Assembly: GCF_000315625.1 (NCBI RefSeq)
Contig: NW_005434602.1
Coordinates: forward strand, 62,891-105,508
Source: Guillardia theta CCMP2712
Lineage: Eukaryota; Protista; Cryptophyta
Direction of reading: 5' to 3'
Length of the DNA: 42,618 bases
Within the stretch, counting starts at the first letter, position 1, and the number at the start of each line of letters is the position of its first letter. This document shows, one piece after another, positions 21,949 through 33,805 of the stretch. The notes under the pieces are model-generated. The model saw only the letters and a program-made list of their open reading frames with translations. It was not told where the DNA came from and made no database searches. Both the position numbers and the translations under genes were made by a program.

Positions 21949-23416
21949 ATGGCCGGGGTGGCGGGGGTGGTGATGGCGGAGCTGCCGCTGGGGCTGGTGG
22001 GCGCGGGCATGGGGATATGCGGCTGCCTCCTGCTCATCCATGCTCGTCGCTTGCGCTCGCTGACCTTGGCGCTCGCTCGCGCTCCTCTGCTGGCCCTCCC
22101 TGAGGCTCTCAAAATTCTCAGAGCTGCTTGGCCACAACCCACGCCAGGGCTGCTGATGCTGAGGGGGAGAGTGGCAGGAGGAAGAAGCCTGGGAGGTCTG
22201 GGGGATGATGCCGTGCTGGCATGGAGGACAGTGAGGACGATCGGGCAAGCGATGGGAGGATGGTTAGGAGATGGTGTGATCGAAGAAGTAGAGGGAGGGG
22301 AGTGGTTGCCTTTGGAGCTTGAAGGCGGCGGCGAGAGAGCTCGAGTGATGGTGGACGAGAACCTCAGGATAGGAGGAAGGTCGGCAGCCTCACGCCTGTC
22401 TGTCGAAGAAGCTGAGAGAGGATGGGCGGTGCGCTTGGAGACTCTCAAAACTCTACCACTTAGATGTCAAGTCTCAGCCATAGGCAAGTCACGCTTTCTC
22501 TGCTGCTGTTACTTCCTGGCATGCGAGCTGACGATCAGTGCAGGAGAGCTCATGTTGACTCCTCCTGCTCTCCTCTCCTTCCTCCCTCGCTCTCTCATTC
22601 CCGCCTGGCTCTGCCATGCGACACTGCAGCCTTATGAGTCGGGGGAGTTGGCGGAGCCGTTGCTGATGGTGAGCGAGCGACACCCCTGCGAGATAGTCGA
22701 GCAGCTTCAGGTGACTCCTGCCTCCTCCTCCTGCTCCTCCTCCTTCTTCACTCACGCATGTGCAGGAGGAGGCGTCCACCTTCAACCGTCTCGGTACTGT
22801 GCTCGTGAGCGTTGGCAGCTTCCTCCTCCTCGTCGCTGTTCACCAGCATGTTCGAGTGTACTTGAACAACATGCGAGATCGCACGATGCGGCGGCAGCTG
22901 ATCGAGCAGGCAGGCGAGGAAGGAGGCGACACATGCTTGACTGCAAGTTGCTGCAGGCGAGAGGAAGCAGCGGAAGAGAACAAGAGCGAGGTCGTCTTGC
23001 CATTCATGGCCTCACTGATCAGTCCAACAGCTCTAATGTGATTCATCCCTTCCCCACTCTTCTCTTCTTCTCGCCTTGGCTTCTTTCCTCTTTCCGCCCC
23101 GTGCCTCTCTCATTGCTCTTCTGCTTTCTCATCCTGTCTTGCATTCCAGCAGGATTGCGACGACTGGGAGCAGGTCTGCATTGTCTGCTGTCAGGTTCGC
23201 CTGCTCATGTGCGTACGGGGGGGTTTGAAAGTTGATCGCAGGCGGCGAGGGACGCAGTATTCCTTCCCTGTGCCCACCAGGTACACGAGGAGGAGGGGAG
23301 GAGAAGCTCACAGCCGGCAGGTCTTGTGCTACCGCTGCTCTTCCGCCCTCTCCCGCGGCTCTTGTCCAGTCTGCCGGCAAAACTTTTCCAGCATCCTAAG
23401 AGTGAATCTCAGCTGA
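21949..23416 (+). CDS. MUL1/SP1-like membrane-anchored C3HC4 RING E3 ubiquitin ligase (TM - GIDE-like region - TM - RING)
   Basis: TM1 LPLGLVGAGMGICGCLLLI; TM2 LGTVLVSVGSFLLLVAV. Spliced C-terminus VCIVCCQ|AARDAVFLPCAHQ|VLCYRCSSALSRGSCPVCRQNFSSILRVNLS* is a complete C3HC4 RING. The architecture matches MUL1/SP1; GIDE identity is inferred from position. Confidence 0.8.
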
Positions 23417-23441
23417 GCCTCGGAGGAGGAGAGCTCGCCTA

Positions 23442-25995
23442 TCAGCAGGCGTCGCTGCTAGAGTCCTCGCCCCACCTCCACTTCCTGCTAGCTCGTCGTT
23501 CCTCTCTCTCGTCCTCTCCTTCACCACGACTGGCTGCTGTCGCATGTTCATCTGGTGATAGCGAGTCACGAGTAAGGATGAAGAGAAGAAGACGATAAGG
23601 GGGAAGGGAGACGGTGAGGAAGGAGGAGGAGTGAGCGAGGGAGGAAACCTCTCAGTCTCAACAGCACGCCGATCGCATTGGCACGCAGCTCTTCCAGCTC
23701 TCCTGCAGCTCAGATGTTCAGCTGGGCAGCTGCAGGAGGCGAGCTCACCATGCTCATGGTAAATCAGACGTCCCCCCCCGTCGAGGCATCGGCCTCCCAG
23801 GTCGAGGAGGCCGGCGAGCCGATGCCGCAGCTGCCCGTGACGGTACAGGAGGATCGTCGGGAGCTCCGTCATCTAGCAGGCACGGTGTCAGCAGCGGCTC
23901 CTCCTTGCCGGGCGTTGCCTTGTGGAGGTCGGGGAGGGCCTGGAGGAAGTGAAGCTTGACGAACTTGGCGGACGGGAGGGAAGCAGCGAGCTCGTTGAAG
24001 ATGTCTTGGAGGAATCTGCCAGGATGAGGATGAGAACTACTCTTCCCCTCTCTGCCATCACATGCAGTCCTCGCGTCCATCATCGTACAAGAGCACGTAG
24101 ACCCAGACGTCGCGACCTGAGGCGATCTCAGGAAACAAGCCGAGACAAGTCTAGGAGGAGCAGGAGCAGGAGCAGGAGGATGAGGGGGAGGAGGAGGAGG
24201 GGGAGGAGGAGGAGGGAATGTTAAAGGCTCTTTACCTTCGTTGAGAACTTCTCGGTTGAAGGACATAGCAGAGATGTGAAGAAGCGAACCGAACTCCTTC
24301 CTCCTTCGCTCCTTCTTCTGCTTCCTGATCTTCTGCTTCCTGATCTTGCGGAGGATGGCTTCTTCCTCCTGCCGCTGCTGTCAAGCCGAGCTAGCGGAGG
24401 ACATTCGACCTCGTCACATTCGCTCGAGTGGACTAGACCATCCTGCGCCTGCTCCTGGCGTGAGTAGAGGAGATGAGAACAAGCGATATGACGTCTTGCG
24501 CCCATCGAGCGAAGAGCTCTTGCTTGCGTTGGATCCTGTGCAAAAATGAGAAGAGGAGCAGAGAATGCAAACAGAGGTGGGGAGGGGAGCAGGTGGAGGA
24601 GAGGAGAAAGCGAGGAGAGTAAGTGTCAAGGTGGATGGACATGAAGAGGAGATGCCTGTTGTTTGCAATCTTTGCGAAGACATCATACTTGGCAGCACTT
24701 TGATCTTTCTGGAACTTGGTCAAGTTCGGGCAACGACGAGGAGGAGGAATGGGAAAGAGGAGAGAGGATACTGTTTTCATGAGCTCATAGATTTGATCTC
24801 TTGTATCCGAGAAGCTCGGCACGTTATGACCGCATCCCGCATCCATAAGACTTTGCATCTAATCAAGGCTTAGCGAATCGCTTTGTCCCTTCCTCCGCCT
24901 CCAATCCTCTTCCTCCTGTCCCTCGCCTCCTCCCTCCTCCCTCACCTTATCGCAGATCTGTTGCCACAGCCTCTCTTTGTGCTTGTGATGGTCCGCGCTG
25001 ACCACACGCTTATCTGACCACCATCGCCTCCTCCTCTCTCACCGATACGAGTCCAGCAGGTCGACGTAGCTGGGTATCGCAGCTTTCTCCCACCATTTCC
25101 CCTGGCGGGCGGGTGAGGGAGGAGGCAGCAGGAGGCGGTAGTTACATCCTGCTGTGCTCGGAACTTGGTCTGCATGTGCTTGTACCAGTCGGGGAGGTCT
25201 GGCTCCTCCCCTCGTAGCTGCTTGTGCTCCAGGTCTGACTCCGTCTGCAGTGTGCCGGGATGAGAAGGAGGCAGGAGAAAGAGGAGAAATGGGGAGAAGG
25301 AGGAGGAGGAGTTGAGAAAGGCATCGAGGATCACTGAGAGATACCGAGGAGTCGAAGAAGCGGCATCGATATTCCGTCTTCATCATCTTCCTACCGCACA
25401 TTCCCGTCCTCAATCGCCGTGAGCAGCAACGACTCTCGACTCACTTCTGCACGAAGCCCGGGTCGTCGTTGGGCTCCGACAGCCTGCCATGCACTTTGAC
25501 TGCAATCCTCCTCTCAGCCTCTCCTCACCATTCGTCGCCTGTCACCACCCCGATCCCGTTGAATGCTCCAATGCCCTCAGCGCAGCTCACATGCACTGGA
25601 GCTGCAATCTGCCTGGCATTCAACGCCCCTTCCCCTGCCCCTGTCCCTGCCCCTGTCCCTGCCTCTCTCTGCCACTCCTCCTGCTGCTGGTGCTTTTGCT
25701 GCTTCTCGGTCGGTCAACCTCTGCGATGACCCTCCTGACAAGCAAACATCCTGCTCTGCTGGTGTGATGCCTCATGCCATGATCGTCTCAATGCTCGATC
25801 ACTTGCGTCTGTGCCTCTTCGGCGACCTCAAGCCTCTCAGTCCTCGTCTTTCTATCTCCTCTACCAACTTGTCTCCCTTGTCTCCTTTTTTCATCTTCTC
25901 TTCTCTTCTCTTCTCTTCCCACAGCTGCTCATTCTCGCGCCTCCTCCTACCGTCATCGCCATCGCCATCGCCATCGCCATCGCCAAGAACCCCAT
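23442..25995 (-). CDS. Phosducin-like (thioredoxin-fold) protein with a long N-terminal extension
   Basis: Spliced C-terminus RQEEEAILRKIRKQKIRKQKKERRRKEFGSLLHISAMSFNREVLNE|..DVWVYVLLYDDGREDC|..FLQDIFNELAASLPSAKFVKLHFLQALPDL|..MTELPTILLYRHGQLRHRLAGLLDLGG follows the PhLP2-type pattern (FG-x-L-x-x-IS; KFVK; LPTI-x-x-Y). Stop TGA at 23444-23442. The start and the linkage of upstream exons are tentative. Confidence 0.72.
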
Positions 25996-26101
25996 GGCAT
26001 GTCGGCACTGGACAATACAAGAAAACTCGGGGCAGTGATTTTGAACTAGTGAATCACAGTGATAAAGTTTTACTGTCCATGTTGATGGAGGGTACTTTTG
26101 T

Positions 26102-26201
26102 NNNNNNNNNNNNNNNNNNNNNNNNNNNNNNNNNNNNNNNNNNNNNNNNNNNNNNNNNNNNNNNNNNNNNNNNNNNNNNNNNNNNNNNNNNNNNNNNNNN
26201 N
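26102..26201. other. Assembly gap (100 N)
   Basis: N run. Confidence 1.
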
Positions 26202-26539
26202 GATGGAGAACCACGAGGAAGGTCCATGGGGATCCACCGGGTATTGTGATAGCCCAGTAAGGATATCGCAATCTTTGGCATGAGAATGGACCTCCTGCGT
26301 TTTTGGCCATGGGGGCGGATTTTATGGGAGAGGAGAGGAGAGGAGAGGAGAGGGGAGGGGAGGGGAGGGGAGGGGAGGGGAGGGGAGGGGAGGGGAGGGG
26401 AGGGGAGGAACAAAAGCAGCGGCAAGTACGGTAGGGCGACGCCGTAACTTGACTTGTGTGGACTTAGGGCCGCCGGGAAAGTCAACGGGAAGTGAACTGA
26501 AGGCCCAACAGCTGCAGTGCCAGGAGGGGAGGAGGAAGC

Positions 26540-28346
26540 ATGAGTGAATCAGGTGAATCCCAGGATCGTCACGATTATCCCTGGTTGCAGTCGGAGATCC
26601 AGGAGCTGGAGCAGGAGCTCGAGCTTGAGCTGGACTCGGAGCATGAACGGGAGCTTGAAGACGCTCTGGACCAGGAGTGGGAGTGGGAGAAGAATGGCGG
26701 CGGCGAGCATCTGAATCAGCATGACCATGACCATGACCATGCACAGCAGGAGCAACAGCAGCAGCGTCACACACTTCACTTCCAGCAGGAGGAGCAGGTC
26801 AATCCTAGGAAGGTCTTTAACGCTCGGCCGCCAGCGATGGAGCGTGAGGAGATGAAAAGCCAACGGCAGCTGGCGATGGAGGCTCTGTTCAGCCGGGAGA
26901 CGTCGGAGGCACAGTGGGAGGTTGCAAACTTCTTGTCCATCCGAGAGCTCGAGAGCGCCATGTCCACTATCTTCCGAACAAGATCGACGCCGGGAAAGAT
27001 TTTAGAGGCAAAGAGCAAGGCGCTGCTTACTCCCCTCTCACCCCTTAAGTATTCTCCTCCTCCTCCTCCTCCCTCCCGGCTCTTGCGAGTGAGTTTTGGC
27101 CAGCCCAGCGAGCTGCGGGTAGGCAACGAGAATGAGCAGAAGGACTTGGCTGTCTCAGTCGCAGTTTATGACGGGCAGGAAGAGTGAGCGACGGCCTTCT
27201 CCTCCTCCTTCTCTTGCTCATCTCGTTTAGCAGGAGCACGCAAATGACCGTCCTCACCGAGGGATGCGAAGAAACTCTGAGCCTCAACTTCGACCGGGTC
27301 TTGACCTTCCCGGTGCGGCTAAGACAGGATCACCTCCGCATCCGCTTCTCACTCTGGTGGGCACTTATCTTTACTACACGTTCTCTCCCTCGGCCTTCTC
27401 GAGGCTCTTCTCCATCCCCCTCTCCCGCCTCCCGCCTCGCTTTCTTGTCTCATGGATGTGCAGGGACCATGGCAAGTCTCTCTTGCTCGGAGGTTCGGAG
27501 CTTCTTTTCCCTCGAGGTCTCCCGCCCCATGCTCGAGAAGAGCGCTTGGAGCTGCGAAAGGTTTCCTCTTACACTCCTCCCTCCTCCTCCATGACGTTGT
27601 GGAATGGGGCAGGTGGGTGAGGCTTCTCCTCAGGCCGTCGGTTGGGTCACGCTCACCCTCGAGCTCCTGCAGGACGGGCAGGTCGAGCAGACGATTTTTG
27701 GCGCGTGTTGTGACATGGTGAGCATGCAGGACGGGTATGAGTCAATGGGGGAGCGAGCGGTGGGCGTCTCCTTCTTCTCGGAGAGAAGTTGGAAGGAGAT
27801 CAAGGTCGCTCTTACTGCCTTCTACGACCTCTTGCTCACCTCAGATTTTCTCAGCTTGCAAAGCACTCGTACGAGGAGAAATTCGCTCGAGATCTGGCGG
27901 CGACGGTGGGACTGAGCCATGACCAGCTGGAGGTCTGCCCGTGCTCTCCCTTCCTCACTCGCCCTCACTCGCTGTCTCTCTTCTTCTCTCGTCACCCGAT
28001 GGTCGCAGATGGTTGGGGCGGAGGGCTGGAGGCGAGAGACGCAGAGGACCGGGAGCATCTTCCATCTCAACGTCCAGCAGCTCCCCGCCGGACATGCCGG
28101 GCTGTCAGTCCAGGTCTGCGAAACTTGCTCGCTGTGCTTCAGCTCACGGTGGAGCGGGGGGGCGTGTCACGGCTGCGGTCACGTTACCAGAGTGTCAACC
28201 AGCTGGGGTGGATGGTGAGCTGGATGGAGACGCACAGACCCTTCCAAAAGGTGCAGGGAAGCAGGAGGGAGGCGGTGGAGCTGGTCAAGGGCGGAGCATC
28301 GAAAAAACTTCACCCGCCGGCCCCGACGTCATCGCTGCAGGTTTGA
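26540..28346 (+). CDS. Hypothetical protein with acidic N-terminus and a C2-like beta-sandwich region
   Basis: 215-aa first ORF, then spliceable exons LLRVSFGQPSELRV..LAVSVAVYDG|..LSLNFDRVLTFPVRLRQDHLRIRFSLW|DHGKSLLLGGSELLF|..AVGWVTLTLELL. The F-x-F..L-x-F-x-L-W-D..LLG..G-x-V-x-L-x-L pattern resembles C2 domains. Confidence 0.6.
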
Positions 28347-28385
28347 CAGTTTTATGGTTGACATATAAAGAGACATGCGGAGTCA

Positions 28386-28778
28386 TCACCAGACCACACA
28401 CTTGCGCTCGGGATTCATGGGGCTTCCTGCTCGTGAGGTCAGAGGGGGAGGGCGAGTCCAGCTGGGGGTCACCTCGAGGGCACGAGAAGGCATCGGAGAA
28501 CTCCTGCGAGTCCCGGAGAACGCCGATGACGCGATACCTGCCGCAGGTCAGGGCGACTAGCTGAGCGCATGGCGACTAGCTGAGCGCATGGCGACTAGCT
28601 GAGCGCATGGCGACTAGCTGAGCGCATGGCGACTCACCGCTTGGGGGCGTGGTGTCCCTTGATGACATGCTCCTGCACCAGCTTGGGCTGAGAGACGGCA
28701 CACCAGAGCTGAGCATAGGCAATGAAGAACTGCCTCCTGCGAGAGCGAGCGAGTCACCGTGAGTGGGGGCAGGAGGAG

Positions 28779-28824
<46 letters not shown>

Positions 28825-30932
28825 GGAGGAGGAGGAGGAGGAGGAGGAGGAGGAGTGTGCTACCGCTCGTAGACGGAAGCCTTGGGCTGCTCCTGCAGGA
28901 ACGCATGGTACGACATGTGCAGACCTCCGCTGTCTGCGATGTTCTCTCCCAGCGTGATGTTGCCGTTCACGTGCTGCCCCCCCGACACGTTGAACTCGTT
29001 GTACTGCTCCACCAGGCAGGCGGCGTCGTCCTCGTAGTGCCTCTCGGTCTGCGGATCCCACCAGTTGATCCGCTTCCCCTGCGCGTCATACTTCCTCCCC
29101 GCGTTGTCGAACCCGTGCGTCATCTCGTGCCCTAGGATGGACCCCAGGGACCCGTAGTTGCGCGCGACCGAGTAGTTGGAGGAGAAGAACGGCTCCAGCA
29201 GGATGCCAGCAGGGATGAAGAGAGCGTTCTTGGTGCGGGAGTAGTAGGCATTGATGGAGGTCACTGGATGGTCCCACTTTGCCGGCTCTTGCGGTTCCGT
29301 CAGAGTGCTTCTCTCGTGTGCTGAACGAGCGATAGCGATGGTGACGAGCGAGTCGAAGAAGGGTTTGTCGCCCAGTTGCAGGTCCGACAGCTCCCCCCAG
29401 TCCGGCCACTGATCGGGGTAGCCGACCTGGAAGTCCATGGCCTCGAGCTTCTTCAGCGCGTTGTCCCTCGTTGCGTTGTCCATCCAGTCGAGCTCGTTGA
29501 GGTGCAACTCGAACTGCTCGCGGATGTTGGCCAGCATGCCGGCTGCCGCCTGCTTGGAGGACTCGTTGAAGAAGTTGTCCACGAAGAGCTTCGACACGGA
29601 GTTGCCGAAGTGATGGGTTGTCAGGAAGTAGCACTTCCTCACCCTAGGAGAGGCCTCGCTCATCCCGTAGATCTGCTCGTTGATGATGAGCTTTCCTGCG
29701 ATGAAGGGCGACGAGAGGTAGGGGGAGAACACCAGCACCGTTCGCATGCGAAGGTAACATCTCAAGTCATCCCAGGAGAACTTACTCAGGACGTCCTCGT
29801 CAAGCTTCTTCAAGTACTCCACGTCGTGCAGCGCCAGCAGCCCGTACTTGCTCGCCGTCGCGTTCTCCGTCCCCACCATGTCCATCTTGATGCTTGAGAA
29901 GAACATGTCCCAGTCGATCGTTGGCGCCCGTCGCTGCAGCGACTCGCGTCCGACGTGAACGTACGAGAGCCGCTCGTACCTCGAGGAGGGCGTCATGCAC
30001 TTGGCGATCTCTTCCTCCACCCTCAGGGCTGTGACAGCCTGTCGTTGAGCCTCCGCCTCCGGAGTGACTCCAGCTGCCAGGAAGAGGCTCGTAACCGATG
30101 AGAGAGCCGCCTGCCGGTCGTCCTCGTGTCCCTTGTCGAGGTACATGCTCCGATGAGGGAGAGTCAGCCCGACATGTCCCAGCACAAAGAGGTTCTGCGA
30201 GCGGTCCAACTGGTCCCGAGCTACTTTCCAGCAGAAGAGGGCGCACCAGTTGAACAGCCCGGCGGTCCCCAAGAACTTCCCCAGCGTCTGCCCATCTTTC
30301 ACCTCATCCACTGCCTGCAGCCATGGCGCTAGCGGTAGTGCTCCCGCCGCCTCGATCGCTTCCACGTCCATGCAGGAGCGGAAGAAGGAGGAGGCATCGC
30401 CCGAGGATGTGCTGAGGGCCGAGGTGACATCATCGATGACGCGAGCCTTTGCTGCCTCCCACGTGTACGACAGTGAGCCCATGAATGGAGGGATGGTCGC
30501 CTTCTTGATGAAGGACCCGCAAGCATACTCGTAGAAATCCTGGCAGGGGTCCGCCTCCTCCTCCATGAGCGCCGCCATATCTTCCGGTATCTCCCGTCGA
30601 GTCAGCTCGTTCTCCCCTTCCCTCCAAAGCCTTCGGAACCATCCGAGCTCGTCCTCTGTCTTCTCCCATGAGTCCTCACCCGTTACAACATCCTCGTACT
30701 CCCCGTACGGGTCGAGGATGTGGCTCAACTTCGACTTTAGCCTGCCCATCGTTCGCTGCAACCGCCTCCCTTCTGACAACTCGACTCCTCCTCTCCGCCC
30801 AAGTTCTCTTCCTCTGCCTCCATCTGTTATCATCACGTCTCCATCTCCTCCTCCTCTCCCCCCCCTCCTCTCCCCAGCCGCCGCCGCCGCCGCCGCCGCC
30901 AAGAGCAGCAGCAGCCGGCTTACTGCTGCCAT
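28386..30932 (-). CDS. M13 family zinc metallopeptidase (neprilysin/ECE-like) with N-terminal signal peptide
   Basis: Motifs DPCQDFYEYACG, VGYPD, INAYY, GHEMTHGFD and GENIADSGG. 3' exons RQFFIAYAQLWC..GHHAPKR|YRVIGVLRDSQEFSDAFSCPRG|SPMNPERKCVVW* (TGA 28388-28386). Likely start MAAVSRLLLLLAAAA at 30932. Confidence 0.95.
28552..28634. repeat. 19-bp tandem repeat x4.4 filling an intron of the M13 gene
   Basis: GGCGACTAGCTGAGCGCAT at 28552, 28571, 28590 and 28609, plus a partial copy at 28628. Confidence 0.95.
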
Positions 30933-31192
30933 GCCCCTTCGCCTCCTCGAGCCCACATCCCCCAACATTTTAGATGGGTGGACCTCGTCCCCCCACATAC
31001 CACCAAGTTTGCGTTGACGTTGAAACCTGCTACCAAGTTGAAAGGGAAGGGAGGGAGAGAGAGAAAGAGAGCAGGAGGGAGGGGAAGAGGAGACGCTGTT
31101 CCGTTCCTTCTCTTGATCCTGCAGTCAATCGAGCAGACAGCAAGGGCGCAGCTTGAAGTCAGCTACCTTCACAGGGGCAGCGACATCTGAAG

Positions 31193-31645
31193 ATGTGGGT
31201 ATTGAAGGGTTCTGCGTCGTATCTCTTCGGTATCAGCAAGGGTGGGTCCTCGAGGTCGATGAAAGGTTTGAAGGCTGCGAGCAGGGACAAGTACGAGTGC
31301 ATATCGGAAGACGACAGGGGAAGGCGCGATTCAGGAAACCAGCATGACTTCCTCCCTCCATCTGAGGAGAGTGGCATCCATCTGCCGGAGCGGGAGAGTC
31401 CTCCTCGAGGAAGGCCTCCTCAAGGGCTGACCTCCCTGGCTCTAGATCGCAATGAGACCCACAGCTCCCAAGAAGTTGTGGCGATCAGAAGCCATGGCAA
31501 CCAAGTGGAAGGCAGCGAGCGCGTTCCTCTGTCGCCATGCCGGTCTTCGAGAGTGAACGGGTCTAGGATGGTCAGGTCGCCTGTACGTGGCAAGCACCAT
31601 GGTATCAACGAGAATTCAGGCACAAGATCCCTCCCGGTCATGTGA
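31193..31645 (+). CDS. Hypothetical 150-aa low-complexity protein
   Basis: ATG-initiated ORF divergent from the M13 gene and followed by an AT-rich 3' UTR-like stretch. No domain recognised. Confidence 0.4.
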   Translation: MWVLKGSASYLFGISKGGSSRSMKGLKAASRDKYECISEDDRGRRDSGNQHDFLPPSEESGIHLPERESPPRGRPPQGLTSLALDRNETHSSQEVVAIRSHGNQVEGSERVPLSPCRSSRVNGSRMVRSPVRGKHHGINENSGTRSLPVM

Positions 31646-31806
31646 TCTGATCTACTGAGATCTGCAAGTCTTTACGACAAACGTTGTGTATTAACATGAA
31701 ATGTTTGATTTAGATTCTTTCTAGGATTCTGAGTTGCAATTAGGTTGAATTAATAAAACAAGAAGCTTGAACAGATTCGACATCTCTCCGGCCTCTCTTC
31801 TTTTCG

Positions 31807-32867
31807 TCACGAAGTGATCATGTCCAGGAACGTTCGCTGCTCCATCGCATTCCATCCCCGCACTCGCGACCCTGGCACGCCTGCAGCCTCGTCAGCCCCG
31901 GAGCCCAACAACCCGAGCTGATCTCACCCGTACATGACGCAACGACTGTTCGCCCCTGCTTCGCCTCGTGTCTGCCCCACAGCTCAACCCGCCCAGCTCT
32001 CAGTCACGACTGTCAGGCTCACCTCAGGTCGCAGCCATCGGCAGGAGCATGCACGAGCTGCATGCATCCATCCGCATGTCGCCTCGAGCCTGCAGCCGTT
32101 GTCAGCACGAGCGATGCTCTCAAAGACACGGCGAGGGACCACAGCACGTCCATGTTGCGTTGTGCCCATTCATCCTGTGCCCGCTGATCAAAACCCCAGG
32201 ATGCTGCAAGAGCAAGTCAAGAAGAAGCTCAACCCTCTGGTGAGTACCATCTTGCATCCCGAGGGGTTGCCAGCTACGTAGATCGTGTTGCATCTCCTGA
32301 TGAGACTCAGTCACAGCAGTGAGGCGAGACGATGTCCCCACCCGCACTGCACGCGCGCGCACAAGCTCTTGAAGCACAGCATCGCGCTATGACCGTCGTC
32401 TTGGCATCGATCCGTCAGTAACAGAGGAGCGTGTCGCAAGGGACTACTTTGCTTGACTGCTTCTGAGATCGGGCTCATCGCATCTTCGCTGAAAGGGAAG
32501 GTCCGAACCTACCAGTCCAGGAATTGACCCCCGGCCACCCGTGAGGACATAACCATCAACCTCTCAGGTCTCCTTACCGCAAAGTTGAACCACAGCTCAG
32601 GGAGCTCCTCCATCACCATCTTCTCCAGTCTGGAGCAAGACGACGTCACCATGAACAGCTGCGCTTTCAGCGTCAAGATTAGATTCGCGTCCTCGACTAT
32701 GGAAGGACCTCCTTTGGAGACAGGTGCGTACAAAGCAGAAGCATCACTTCAGAAGGAAATTCTGCTATTGAGAAGGCCCTTAGATCCCCTCCGGTGTCAA
32801 CTTTGCTCCATGTTGATATGCCCTGATTGCCGTCACTCCTCAGAAAAACGTAAGAATCTTCACCCAT
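31807..32867 (-). CDS. F-box protein with a Cys/His zinc-finger-like C-terminal region
   Basis: MGEDSY...AFSIAEFPSEVMLLLCTHLSPKE|LFMVTSSCSRLEKMVMEELPELWFNFA fits the F-box consensus (LP-x-E...L...L...C..L......LW). Downstream: QC|RRCNTIYVAGNPSGCK..HPGVLISGHRMNGHNATWTCC|GSRRHADGC. Both ends are approximate. Confidence 0.7.
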
Positions 32868-33805
32868 GGGTATGAACGGAAGCTTTCCGAAAATTCTGGG
32901 AAACCCCGTCAGTGCCGTCAGCTAATCGATGGTTGAAGCAACAACAGATAAACGAGAAAAGTCAATAGCAACAGACAGAAAAGTCGGATAGCTCGGAGGT
33001 CATGAGAACCCTGTATCATATCATCTTCGACGGACCATCATGCACGAATGATTGAACCTAATCACCATGATCGATACTACATCAGTTTCTTCCCCCTTTG
33101 CATCTGAGCTGTGTTTATCACTGTCTCATCTTCCATCCCGTATCACACTTCTCCTCCCAAACCCGCACCCGTCGGTCAACCTTCTCCTTCCTGTTCCTCC
33201 CTCTGCTTTCGCTTGTCTCTCTGCCCCCTTCGCCCCCCCTGACCCTGCATTTCAACCTGTTTCCATTCCTCCTCATCCTCCTCCTCCTCCCAATCTTCCT
33301 TCCATCTTTTTGCTCCCCTCGCTCCCTCTAAGCTTGCTGTCCCCGCTCCTCCTCCTCCTACTTGTTACCTTGTATCCCGACCATTCCTTGTTGCAACTGG
33401 TCTCCGACAACCCCACCACCCCCTGTTTCTGACCATCACCCCCCCACAATTTATAATATAACCCCTACCATTGAGAAAATACTCCCACCTATATCATTTC
33501 AGTACTACCCAATCTTGTAGTATTTATATGAGACTGGACAACCGCGAAAAAAAGTACCCCTACCCACAAAATCAAACCTCAAAGTTTTATGCGAGCACCC
33601 CTACCCTTATTTCAATGTACCCACCACCAATACTGGGCCGCTACCCCACCCTTTTCTTCAATGTTTTTTTTCTATGTCCTTACCCCACCCTCTGATACCT
33701 TCACGAACCCCCTCTGGATCAGGTACCCCCTTTAAACTTCGAAGGTGAATGAGGGGGATGATGAAATGGGTTGAGAGGGGATGTGGATCCACAAGTCGGT
33801 TTGAG

